A stretch of DNA of 64,000 bases from Catajapyx aquilonaris (lineage: Eukaryota), in contig KZ538541.1 in NCBI GenBank assembly GCA_000934665.2, positions 1 through 64,000 on the forward strand. Direction: 5' to 3'. Below are positions 11,701 to 23,482 of this stretch, in pieces. Both the position numbers and the translations under genes were made by a program. Within the stretch, counting starts at the first letter, position 1. The number at the start of each line of letters is the position of its first letter. The notes beneath the pieces were generated by a model. The model was not told where the DNA came from. It was given only the letters and a program-made list of their open reading frames with translations, and made no database searches.

Positions 11701-14523
11701 ATAATATTTTGCATGTAACCGCTTTATCTTTGTGAATAGTTATAATAGTGATTAGGTATAAAATATTACCTTTATATTACCTTATACCTTTATTATTGCT
11801 ATACAGTGGGGTAACGATATGGGCTTATAACACTGTTTAGTTGTAACATTGCAGCTTCTGCTCGTACTGCTACTCAGCAGTATACGAGCAGAAGCCTCCG
11901 AGAAGCCACGTTACGAGCAGATGCCCGCATCATCCCTTCCCTGCCATATCATTCTATCTCTGCTGAATACCCCATTAAATTTTGTATACGAATTGAACCA
12001 TATATTGAGGTCGAACATAACCCAAAGCTCATTCTTATTCACCCCCCTGTGTGGACATCTTACAAAAGTCGCGCACACCTATATAGTTTGTTCCGACTTG
12101 TAACTACAATACATTATTAGCATTGTATACAGTTACAAGTTTAAAGCAATAAAGGAAAAATATAGTGTGTGATTTCGTAATCTACAGTATATATGCCTAT
12201 ATGAATGCAGTATGCAGGCGTATCTATTACAATATAGCCTATACAGTTTATGGAGAGGAGCCCAGCAGAGTATATACTGGGGAGTGCTGAAGCGATAAAA
12301 ACATGGCTACCAGCATGGCTACCAGCATGGCTATCTCCCCTTAAAAAGAGAACGACTTTCAACCAGTATACGGTATATACTCTGTATAGGAATATACCTC
12401 TTTTCTAGATGCCTCTCCCCTTCTTACCATCTGCCCTCCTCCAACCCCCATCCTCCGGCAAGCCTTTAAAGCCCCTCTGAAAAGGCGAGAAGAGAAAATA
12501 ATTTCAAAAAAAGAAAGAAAAAAGAATGGGCGACGGTAACAATTAGGAGTCGAGTCTCCTTTTCGCCGTCGACTAATCACCGCGCAGCGTTAATTGCAGT
12601 GCCGACACGCCCGCCAACATTACAAATATTTTCTCACTTTTTCATTCCGGACCTCAACTCGGCTGGCAAATGTACTATATCCGCACTGTATATATCCCCC
12701 ATTCCAATGCACTGTCTCCAACCAAAAATGATCTCTGTCATGGAACACGTGTCAATGTGCAGTCAACTTATGTACCGGATGATGAGTGCTGTTGATACAA
12801 TGCATTTCAATATCAGCATTATGGGCCGAACCGTGATGCTGCATATGATTTGAATCTCATGCCTATACATTTGTCACGCTTTGTGACGCCGCATCGTGAT
12901 TCTCTAATGCCAGGGGGAATCTTGCGACCGCAGGTTACAAGTAAGGCTATTTTGGCAGTGTTTTGTGGAAAGGACGCATTGTTGGGGGTGTGATTGTTCC
13001 AGCCTGGCTCTCACCCTTCTCCTTTCCCCTGAGCTCTTTTCCTCCGCTTCTCCCTCTGTTCCTGTGACTTGCCATATAATTGTAATGGTTGGCAGCCCTG
13101 CAGCCCAGCACCCCCTTCCGCCGCCTTTATTACATTCTCAGAGGGCTACAAAAATTCCTTCGCAGCGGAGATAAAGCAGGAAACCGCCTCCCCCAACCTA
13201 CTCTCCTGCCCTCCTCTTTCCTTCCAGACTTCCAAAAAAATGAGAAAGAGAAAAAAAAAAGAATTAGAAAAGGACGGAGCATCTCTTCAAGATTATTAAA
13301 CTTTATTGCATCTCGCTTTCTTTCCTCTCGTCTAATTCCAAGCCTTTCGTTTAATTGGGGAGGGAAGGTTCATTAATTGCTGATGGGGTGAGAAGGCTGC
13401 CTTGTTGGGGGAGAGAGAGAGAGAGAGGGAATGGGGCGAGGGGGTGTTGGAAGGGGTACAAAGTCGCCACCTTACTAGGGGGGAGAAAAGGAGCGGAGGG
13501 TGCTTGCCAATTGTCTGCAGAAGAGCTTAACACTATATAAGCAAGGCCCATTCACACCAGACGAAAAGTTCATCCCCTTTCGACCTTTTTTCCCATTCCT
13601 GGCCTATAAGAGCAAATCTTTTCTGAACAATTCACTCGACATGAAGCACATCGATAATTGTGAGTTTTACGTGATTATTACAGCTATAACATTGAAAAAA
13701 TAATATCCCACAAAATTTAAGATAAGCCTCATCTAATATATAGGCCTGTAATCTTTAGCTGTACAGTACAACTGGGCACTGACAAACAATATATACAGTA
13801 GATACCCCGTGATGGATCATCCAGCACCTGGAACAAACAGTATTATTATGTGGATCGGATCATTTCTTGTATACATAGTGGTATACCATCAGATATTGTA
13901 AGCCCATATCGAGCATTCTCGAAGCCAAACATATTTCTTCGTCACTGACTTTGCTACAATGAACCACGAAAAACCTTTTTTAAAGATGTCTGGTTTGTTT
14001 GGACTCAGAGGTGTGTTAATGTTTCAATTTTTTTTTGTTACACAGTGCTTTCAATTTTTTTTGCAAATGTTTCATTTTTAAAGTTAATTATGAAAGGTTG
14101 TTAATGTGAAACGTCGTATAAAGTGAAGCGTTTTAAAACGGCGCCACCTGCCTACATGCATTGTTATACAGTAGGCATATATTACACCCCGTTGTTTTAA
14201 GTTGATGTCTGATATTATTTTATTCTGTCAGGCGAAGTAAATTTTACTTTGCATGAGCGTAAACAATTCGGCATATCTCAATGCTGGTGACTATTACATC
14301 AAATGAATAATGTCCAATAATACCCCATATAAAATCCTGCACAGCCAGTAGATAGAGTACCCGGTATTTATATTTTCATATTCAGGAAACTTTGGAAACA
14401 TGCATCTCCCTGCCATGTGACATCATTGCAAATGGACATATTTTGTTACCGTATTTATGCTATGAGCAATGGAAGTCGAGTAAAAATTGGAGAGATGGCA
14501 AATTACCACGAAATATTATTATA

Positions 14524-14919
14524 CCAGGGTGTTTGCGAATTCGTCTTCTAAACAGATATGGGTGGTAGGGTTGTGCATATGTGAAAGAATCATTGCATGG
14601 TCCTGAAACCCAGCGACGACGTTTACGTCGAAGATGTGCATCCTGACGATGACTATCCTGACAAATAGGGATACCCCCGCACATGCCTGCATCGCTGGTT
14701 GCCGGTGTCAGGCGGTTGAGCAACGGTCTGGTAGTACGACCATGGCAACCAGCGCTGCAGGCATGTGCGGGGGTATCCATATTTGTCAGGATAGTCATCG
14801 TCGACGTCAAAGGTCGACATCTCAGGCGTCGCGTCGACGGCCTTTCGGACCAACGCCTTTACTATATGCACCCCCCTACCATCCATATCATTTTGGCAGA
14901 CGAATTCGAAAACACTCCG
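14524..14919. mobile_element. Fold-back MITE, Tc1/mariner-like (CAGGGTGTTT termini, TA TSD)
   Basis: TA-CCAGGGTGTTTGCGAATTCGTC ... GACGAATTCGAAAACACTCCG-TA. Long internal inverted repeat (GACGATGACTATCCTGACAAATA...TATTTGTCAGGATAGTCATCGTC). Confidence 0.8.
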
Positions 14920-15178
14920 TATTCATATCATTTGGATTTTTCTCCTTTTACATATTCTTCTTCTTACAGCAAGCTGATCTTCTAGTTATACGCGTATATT
15001 TCATTTAGAACTTCTTCGAACTTCTTACTACTGGTTTGTCATCATGGTCGGTTGTTCTAAATGCACAATCTGACGGTGTCTAGTCTTTCTTTATTCCTAA
15101 CAAGTAGTTATCTCTTGTACCTCTTAATTATTTTATACATCTTAAGGGGTAGAAAATGGCCACTTTTTATCTATCATA

Positions 15179-15415
15179 TGAGGGGTGTGGTGGAAAAAAA
15201 AGATAACTGACAAAGGTGTAATTTTTCAGGAGAGCGAATTGAAGTTTGCATTTTCTTAACAAATCATATATAGGGAATGCTGGCCGTCTCGTGCATGATA
15301 CATGAACTTGGAGTATATACCAAACTGTTTGTCATGTGTTTATACATAGTTGCTAGGTGTTTAGGTAAAAAATGACAAAAATGTCAGTTATCATGTTTTT
15401 CCACCACACCCCTCA
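15179..15415. mobile_element. Mariner-like MITE (TA TSD)
   Basis: TA-TGAGGGGTGTGGTGGAAAAA..GATAACTGACA ... TGTCAGTTATC..TTTTTCCACCACACCCCTCA-TA. Confidence 0.85.
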
Positions 15416-17610
15416 TATTATCTAAGAGGTAAATGATTAAGAGTATAGCTTTATACTTTAATAATTGCTAAATATTTCATAGCTTAAGTACTGTTTACTA
15501 TTCCATTTAGAAGCCATACAGGGAGAACCTGCGTGCCATGTGGACTATATACCACCTTCAGGAGAATGATCTCCCTCTCATTTGGCAATAACCCAAAGTA
15601 TTGGCAACGCCGGCCGTTCACGTTTTTCTCCTTTCCGATTTCCATGGAATGTCCCGAGCACATTTGTCATCTCGTGCTCGGACGCATAATGAGCTACAGG
15701 ATGTTCATAAAGTCTCCAGGTCATAAATGTCAGTGCCGTGCAAAAAAGTAATACCCGCTGTCCAGATCATTCTGTCAGTTGGCAGATGTCATCAGCACGA
15801 AAACATGCTGCAGCGGCTCAAATTATGAGTTGCGAGCTTTCTTCCCATCTACACTTGTCATCAAAAAAAAACCGGGCCTGAGAAACGGCCATATACAAAA
15901 AGCTGACCGTGTAAACGATAAACGGTGACCAACACAAGGAACACCAGTAATTAAAATGGAAACACCAAAGTGGCCGCTCGATGACTCTCTGGTACAACAT
16001 CATGTTCCAGTTCAGAGGGTTTTTTATACATCATCAGGTCAAAAAAAGTGGTGCTGAGCGCAGCATGTGGAGAATTTCAACTTACCTGATCAGCTGTAGC
16101 ACAAGCCTTTAGTATATTAGCATGAAATATTTTATCAAGACTAATGCCAATACAAGTGCTGAATCATGCAGAATTACAACAATGCGCTGCAGTATAGAAC
16201 CATGTAATTATGTCGCACCATGTACATTATCGTAAGCTATCGTTTGATAGAAATTGAGTTAGTATAGTGCTAGCTCCTTTAATATTTTCTCAAGGAGAAG
16301 CAAACCGTCCATTTGGTTGGCCAGACTGAAACATGAACCCGCGTCACCCAGCGGCGCTCTTAGTTATAATGGGTTTACTTTCGTTTTGAGTATAAATAAT
16401 GTAGACTAACGGTATACGACTGAAATGAGAAACACTTATCAGGATCAATCAAGTCCCCGCACTGTCAATATGTCACGCAGCAAACGATGGGCGTGTGAGG
16501 AATTAAAAAATGAACACATCCCCTATATTCATGCAGGCTGAACCGCGACACCCTGCCATTCCTCACCATTTTAAAAGGCTAAAATTGCTTGAAATTTGTA
16601 GGTATAAGCTATTACTTATAACGTACAACTTTGGTTACGGGATGAGTCAGTCTTTATAGTAAACCTATCGTGCAGCTGTTCCACAAACAGTATGTCTCAA
16701 AAGTTCCTTGTCGATGGAAATCCCTCCTGACTCAAACACTCTTCTCAATTTGATTAATTTTGGCATATCCATAGCGCTGGCAGTACACTTCTTCTGACCA
16801 ATCTGTCCTTTGAGCAGCTGCATGAATGTATCGGCCTCTTGCAAACGGGTTAGGAGGCTGCATTGAGATGAAGGGAGGAGAGAATCAAGGGGGGAGCATT
16901 CATTGTATCTCTGGAGCTATCCTGAGCAGGGAACACCATGATTGTGGGGCTCCCTCCTACCTGAATGGATAAGCCGACTTGTGACACGTTGGGCAGGGGG
17001 TGGGGGAGAGAAAACCCAACCTTTTTCCACGTGTGTGGTCCAGCGATCATCAGGCGCTGCCGCATACACGCCGAGAGCGGTCAGAATGATGATGAGGAAG
17101 GCCACCAGGGGCGCTAGCTCACAGCACCCGGCTTATGATAACAATGGGGTATACCATCGAGGGTATGGCTGGGAGGTGGCTACAAGTCAAACTGGATTCA
17201 CGCCTTTGGTGGGCCAATCCGCGGGGATTCTCTCTCAATCATCTAGTCATCTGATGGAGCATCCTATATTATGTGCAAACATCTTTCAAGGCTTTTCTGC
17301 ACGGGTGCAGTTCAGTGATGTTTTTATTATAATCCTGATGGCCATTTGTGTATTAGATTTTGCAATTTGTTAGCAATTTGTGGGGAACTTCATCAATGTA
17401 ATGCTCTTTGTGACGGGAATGTTTAGGTTCCAAGAAAATCGTAACCAAAATTAGACATTTTCTGTGTCTTATAAGGTGCCTAGAAATGCCTGTGGCAGAG
17501 GTCGGCGAACATATCACTGCGATCAAATGAGTTCACCAATATTTCATCGTGTGAAATAAAAATTTAGTGTACTTTGACAACCAGCAGACACTCAAAGCAG
17601 TTCGAGGGTT

Positions 17611-17729
17611 ATAGGCAAACCTTTTTGTAAGAAAGGCTATAGTCGGAGGCCTGCCCGTGAGGAGAAACCGATTGTTTGCCTCGGCGCAGGCCTCCTCCAT
17701 CTCTTATAGATGCAAGAAGGGTTGCCTAT
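17611..17729. mobile_element. Short palindromic MITE
   Basis: ATAGGCAAACCTTTTTG ... CAAGAAGGGTTGCCTAT, with an inner inverted repeat GGAGGCCTGC/GCAGGCCTCC. Confidence 0.55.
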
Positions 17730-19623
17730 TGCGACCGCGCAGTATAAAGTCTACCGTTAGTGACAGTTACGCAAAAGATAATTGAGCTTTGCCACTCTCT
17801 GTAGGGTAATTAACTGAAATCAGAAGCGGTGAAAGTTTATTTCAGTGTAAATCGCTCAATTAGGCATATACAGAAAGGTGCACTGTTCAAGTTCCCATGC
17901 AGTTTACGAGGTGGGTATATGTAAGAAGGTATGGATTGTTTACTCAAAAACCATCAGTCTAAAAATAAACAAAAATAAGAGCCACAAATCATTCACTTGT
18001 TGCGATCGTTGCTGCTCTTTGAACTCGTTGTTGGAGTAAGATGTAACTTATTCACCTATCCCCTCTTAAACTGAGGCCTGGACAGTTCGCCACCCTGAGC
18101 ATACCCTTCCTCACTGTCAATCTATAGAATAGAATCGCGCGTGTTAGTTCAGCTATACACACTGGTCATACTCTACTCACTATTTTGCCTACGGATTTTA
18201 AAGGCATGCCATAAACAATAATAACTTTTGTGTCTTGATTAGCTATTAGCAGTTTGTAACATATATATAGACCTACACATCTCTTAATGTCACAAGTCTT
18301 ACCCTCATAGAGAAACTCACCGGATGGTATAATTCAAGCGTATAGGCTATACGCCCTTTACGGTTATTAATATTTAGACAAAGAAAAGTTTAGTAGGCTG
18401 TAATTAACCCCTGCCTATTTATGATGATGGTCGTAAGAAGTAAATACCCAGAGATTTTTGCCCTTTTATACTCCTATTGTATTTTCTTGTGCGTTGAATG
18501 AGACCTTATTATCAAAGAATAAATTACCACTCACATGGAAATAAAGGTGTCTTTTTAATACTCCAACCCGCCCTCCATATGATGAAAAATAATGCAACAC
18601 ACAGAATCAAGCTGCATCTTTAATTCAACACTTCGTTGAGTCGCCCATCATATTATGTGATGTCACATGCTCACAATTATGACTACGCCTTACACATAGG
18701 GGCTAGCTTCACAAAGAAAGATGTTGCAGATTATAAAACTATTTTTTTGGTGTAGTAATGAGCCTAAAGCAATGCTTTAGATCCAGTTGTATGCCAATTG
18801 TATGCGGGATTAAATTATTATCATAGAATCGTCCAAAATGCAGCAAAATCAGCCCAAAGTCCCCCCCCAAAAACCAAACATAAACCTGGTTCTTTGGTGA
18901 ACGGAGATGAAAATCCTGTGTCCCAAATCAACGTCCAAAAAAGGGCAGAAAAAGTACGTGTGTGTGTCAGAGAGAGCAAGAGAGAAAGAGTGAGAGGTGG
19001 AATGTTTCCTCATCCTCCCCATGGAGCACTTTTGGCCCATGGAGGGGAAGGGGAGGCCCAGGCAGAGGGGTGAGGGATTCCGGGACGAAAACATGCGGGG
19101 AACGCCACCGGATTGACACTTCAATTTTTCCGAGCAATAAGAGGCGGATTCCGGGAGTCGAAGCGGATGGGATTTTTTTCCCCTTCTTTTTTTTCGCTCT
19201 TTTCTTTTGGAGGGGTTGGGAGCAGGGGTGAAAATGGGGGCAATAAGGGGTGAGGGTTATGAGCAAGGCCATGTTCTCACAATACATCGCTTGGATATAC
19301 GCTACCAGCGACAACTCCGGAGGAGACTTGATTCACAATATAGGTCTTTATATATCAAGGAAGGAAAAGAAAGTATATCGACATGGAGTGAGGATTTCGC
19401 AGATTCGGCCAAGTGTGTCACTTTAGTAATAGAGCCATTAAATATGAATTGCTCATATTGTGGGTGCTCCATAACTTTTGGTGTGATAATAATTGTTCCG
19501 ATTTCCTGGGAATATAGTCAATGTGGCATCATGGCGCATACTGGGAGAAATATAAAAATTCGGCCTTCACCGTATGTGTCTATATGGCCCTATAGGTATA
19601 GTCATTCTGTATACGGTATAATT

Positions 19624-19885
19624 GAATACCTCGGGGGGAAAGAACGATCAAGGTCTACCTCAGGTGAAACTGAGATATTCCTATTTCCAATTTCGAAGGC
19701 CCAACATAAGGTTCCATTGTAAATCCCTCTTTCGGGGCCTTCCATATATAGTGACCTATATGATCATTACTCCACAACCATCGACCAAACCATCATAATC
19801 TGTGCTAGTGAAACTATCTTCTGAGATAATTATGTAACTCATTTTTGACAAAAAGTGGACCTTGATCGTTCTTCTCCCGAGGTCT
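19624..19885. mobile_element. MITE family 'GAAGACCTCGGG' copy 1 (possibly Sola-like)
   Basis: ~30-bp TIR GAA(T)ACCTCGGGGGGAAAGAACGATCAAGGTC ... GACCTTGATCGTTCTTCTCCCGAGGTCT. Internal sequence is shared with copies at 22917 and 48890. Confidence 0.85.
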
Positions 19886-19904
19886 ATATATATGCATGTA
19901 GTTT

Positions 19905-20262
19905 GGGGAGGCGGAGTGGTGCTACGGTAACGTATGCGCCCACGGATGTTAAGGTCCCGGGATCGATCCCAGCCCGGGGACACCCCCTTCATCTCGTGCA
20001 GAGTTCAGGGTCACCTCTGGCTTCGTCTCGGGTGGTATTTCCTACAGACTAAACCACCCGGGGGAGTTCACTAAAAATGGCCACGTTTAAGACATTGCAC
20101 TGCACCTTGCACATCCCCTCCTGTCATCCTGCCCATGGGCCCGGGCGCTTCGTCAAAGGTTCCAATTGTGTACGTTGTACAAGTTAGTAAATAACTTAGG
20201 TCCGTGCAATACCCCAAGAGGGGTCCAAGCACTACCCGGATTTATTTTTATTATTTATTAAT
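19905..20262 (+). mobile_element. tRNA-derived SINE family A, full length
   Basis: A box (GGAGTGGTGCTACGGTAA), B box (GGGATCGATCCC) and an AT-rich tail. 16-bp TSD TATATGCATGTAGTTT at 19889-19904 and 20263-20278. Confidence 0.92.
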
Positions 20263-22916
20263 TATATGCATGTAGTTTAAAATATAAATAGTAACTTATT
20301 TGAGAATTTTATAGTACGGGGCTATTAAATATTAATCATTTCAATATCATACAGAATAAGGTGTACAGGGTGTATGTCAATATGATAGGACATGTATAGG
20401 ATATATCATTCTGAACCGAAAGTGGCATATTGTCGAAAAAGTTACTGCTCAGGTGTGCTGCATCAGCCCTCCAAAATTTGGGCAGAATCTTTTAAATTGT
20501 TATACGAGTCGTACTTTGGTAAGTATAGTGATTTGCCCATCCCGATGACTAGCAAGAAATGAGACATGCTTGATTGACCCAGTTTAAGACATGATTACGT
20601 ACCCCCTATAGTGTATTCAGTTGTACAAAATAATAATGCAGATCAGAATGTGCAGTGCTACATGTTAGTGTCACTTTAGGAGAGAGCAAAAGAATACGAT
20701 GAATAACGACGATTCCATCTGAGTTACTAATCACATCACCGTGGCGTGATTAGCTCCTCAAACGGACACTTTCCAAATCGCGGTTATTTATCACGTTCAT
20801 TTACTGGCTTTCAATTTGCTGTAATCGAGTAACACTGAACATTCTGATCAGCATTAAGTCATACGAGTGTGGCATACTAATATGGTAATCGTGTGACAAA
20901 TTGGATCAGTGTGGCATTTTTCAGGCCTTGTCATCAGCACGTGTGAGTTATGGAAGTTTTTGATACACTTTGGAAACTGCAGCGCCTTTTAGCTGTAACA
21001 TTTCGGTAACGAAATGTTAAACAAAATACTATATGGTGTCCTCTATATATGCCTGTGGTATCCCGCTGGGGTTGTAGACGTGGCTTTAAATTGGAAATTT
21101 TCTGAAAGTCATAAAACGAAGTTCCAGGTGATGTGGCGCACCTATTTGTAGACTTCACGACAGTTTGTTACTGACCTAGCACGGCACTCGTCCATATATA
21201 TAGTATATACAGTACCAAGCATCAATATATTCTTCGGGAAATTCCCTCCAGGTGGCTCTGAAAGACAACTTGTCCAGGGCAATATAATAGGGTATGCATT
21301 CTCTTGTCTTTTGTTTCAAGTTTAATTTTTATTACAAGTTACCCTCATTTCCATTGTATTGTTTTTATAGAGAGCCAAATAGTTGCTGAACACTGCTGCT
21401 GTATGGAAAATCATGTAGGCATAAAGGACAAGATTGCACACGAGACTCTTAAAGAGACTCTTATTCCCTTTGCAAAGCCTGTTTGAGCAACATCATCAGT
21501 CTGCCTCAGGATATGCTATAATATGCCACTTTTAATGGCTTGACTCTTCAAGTTCTACAGGCACGCTTAAAATTTTTACTTAGGCTTATTTTAAAGGAGA
21601 ATCCGTCGGAAAAAAGTGTCTCGGTTCACGATCTCCTCCACAGCACGCTTTTTGTGTTTTTGGGATACTCCATATGCCGTATTTTGATAAACACTTATGA
21701 GCTGTTAATTGCAGATCTTTTCCACGGACTGCGACGTGATTGAATTAAATCTGCAAATGCATAGATAGGTTTTGTACAGTATATGCTATTAAATAATTTT
21801 ATAACTTAAACGCAGTATTCATTTTTCAAGCAGGCCTTAGCAGAAAATTAATAGGCTCTTATACATAGGTCTATACTGTACAGTATAATATTATACAGTA
21901 AGTTATATTGCATCCATTTTTGTACGAATGCTGCTGGTGGTGTTTTTCCCTGTTCGGGTGTGCAGGGTACGGATTAAACATTGGTATAAGTACGATAGGA
22001 TGTACAGCACAATCAATTGATAGCAATGATAGCAGCAACAATAAATTGCAATTAACTTGCGCCGAGCATTTTATTTACTACAGATATTGAATCCATAATC
22101 CGGCCTGTATCACGTTTCCTCTGCATTACAGCAGCAATTATTACATACCAGTACTGTGTACAGTACATAATGTATATCCCACGATGTATATCCCGATCGA
22201 TCCCGATAGTGATTCCGATGTATCCTACATGCATCCTATATGGATATTTCCGAAGGTTGAAGTTTATTTCCAAGACTGTGTTATAGCTTCTGGCTCAGTT
22301 CATGAGGTCCTCTACCTTTTTTACTTCCGAGAAATGTGCCAAAATTATCTGCATTCCATTATTAATTCAGTTAGAAACTCTGTAAGACAGATTTCACGTG
22401 CATAATATTATCCCGTCGTCTCAATTTACATAGTGTAAAAGTGCAACGTAAGAACAAATAATTATATTACCTTCAGGTAAGCATGCAGACTTATGGAACT
22501 ATATAGTCTACTATCATTATGGCCTAGACTTGTAAAAATCACTGTCAGCTACTGTAAATAGCATAGTTATTTATTATAGTATTTTAATACTATATATCAA
22601 CAATTAGTATGCCTTTTCTAATTTAGCATGTCATAATTATAGGCCTACAGCACTATAGTAGATGCCTAAACCGTAAAGTTGAACGAAAACACTAAAAGTT
22701 GTCGTGGTATATTATATTACGACCAACATTACGGCCTCAATAATTATTGATTTTATGTACAGTACTACGTTTATTATTATTTATTATCATTATATTATAA
22801 TGATATTAGGCGTCAAAAATCTTTTGAGGTTATAAACATTTGCTATTTTCATTATAAATCAATTTTTCTCCTCATGTATGAATGTATGAACTCCTTTTAC
22901 GTGTATAAACATAATT

Positions 22917-23178
22917 GAAGACCTCCGGGGAAGAAAGATCAATGTCCGCTTTTTGTCAAAAATGAGTTACATATCTGAGAAGATACTTTACCTAGTGTAG
23001 AATATGATGGTTTGGTCGTGGTTGTAGCGGAGTAATGATCATAGGTCACTATATCTATATGGAATAAGGCCCCGAAAGTGGGATTTACAATGGAGCCTTA
23101 TTGGCCTTCGAAATTTAAAATTGAATTACCTCAGTTTCACCTCAGGTGGACCTTGATGGTTTTTCTCCCGAGGTCTTC
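22917..23178. mobile_element. MITE family 'GAAGACCTCGGG' copy 2 (inverted relative to copies 1 and 3)
   Basis: GAAGACCTCCGGGGAAGAAAGATCAATGTCC ... GGACCTTGATGGTTTTCTCCCGAGGTCTTC; flanks AATT/AATA. Confidence 0.85.
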
Positions 23179-23269
23179 AATAATAATTACTCTATCCTGT
23201 AATGTCCACAGGAGTTTTGAAACATGACAAAAAATTCAACTTACAGGCTCCTTGTAGTCCTATAGTGCG

Positions 23270-23482
23270 TTAAGCTGAAAGCGAGTTTTCCCATGTCAAG
23301 TTATAACTTGATATGAGAAAACTCGCTTTAATAAAATAATGTAAAAGAATTTTTGGGCTACTTAATTCATATGCGTGAGAATATGCGTCACTATCGTTAT
23401 GAGTGATATGATCACGCTTGGTATAAGCGTTGTTTTTTTGCGTCGATTTCACGCTTATTTATGCGTCAAAAGTTTTAGAGTG
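23270..23482. mobile_element. Partial CACTA/EnSpm-like MITE (right end only)
   Basis: Ends TTTTAGAGTG-TA (reverse complement CACTCTAAAA), preceded by repeated AAGCG/CGCTT subterminal motifs. The left TIR was not found. Confidence 0.4.

Noticed and set aside
12302..12333. Short tandem repeat (CATGGCTACCAG)x2.5
   Set aside because: Ordinary local slippage duplication with no further structure.
19905..19980. tRNA genes at the SINE heads (also 28281, 40488, 45440, 55647, 58172)
   Set aside because: A/B boxes continue into a shared non-tRNA body with tails and TSDs and lack a proper acceptor stem and terminator, so these are SINEs.
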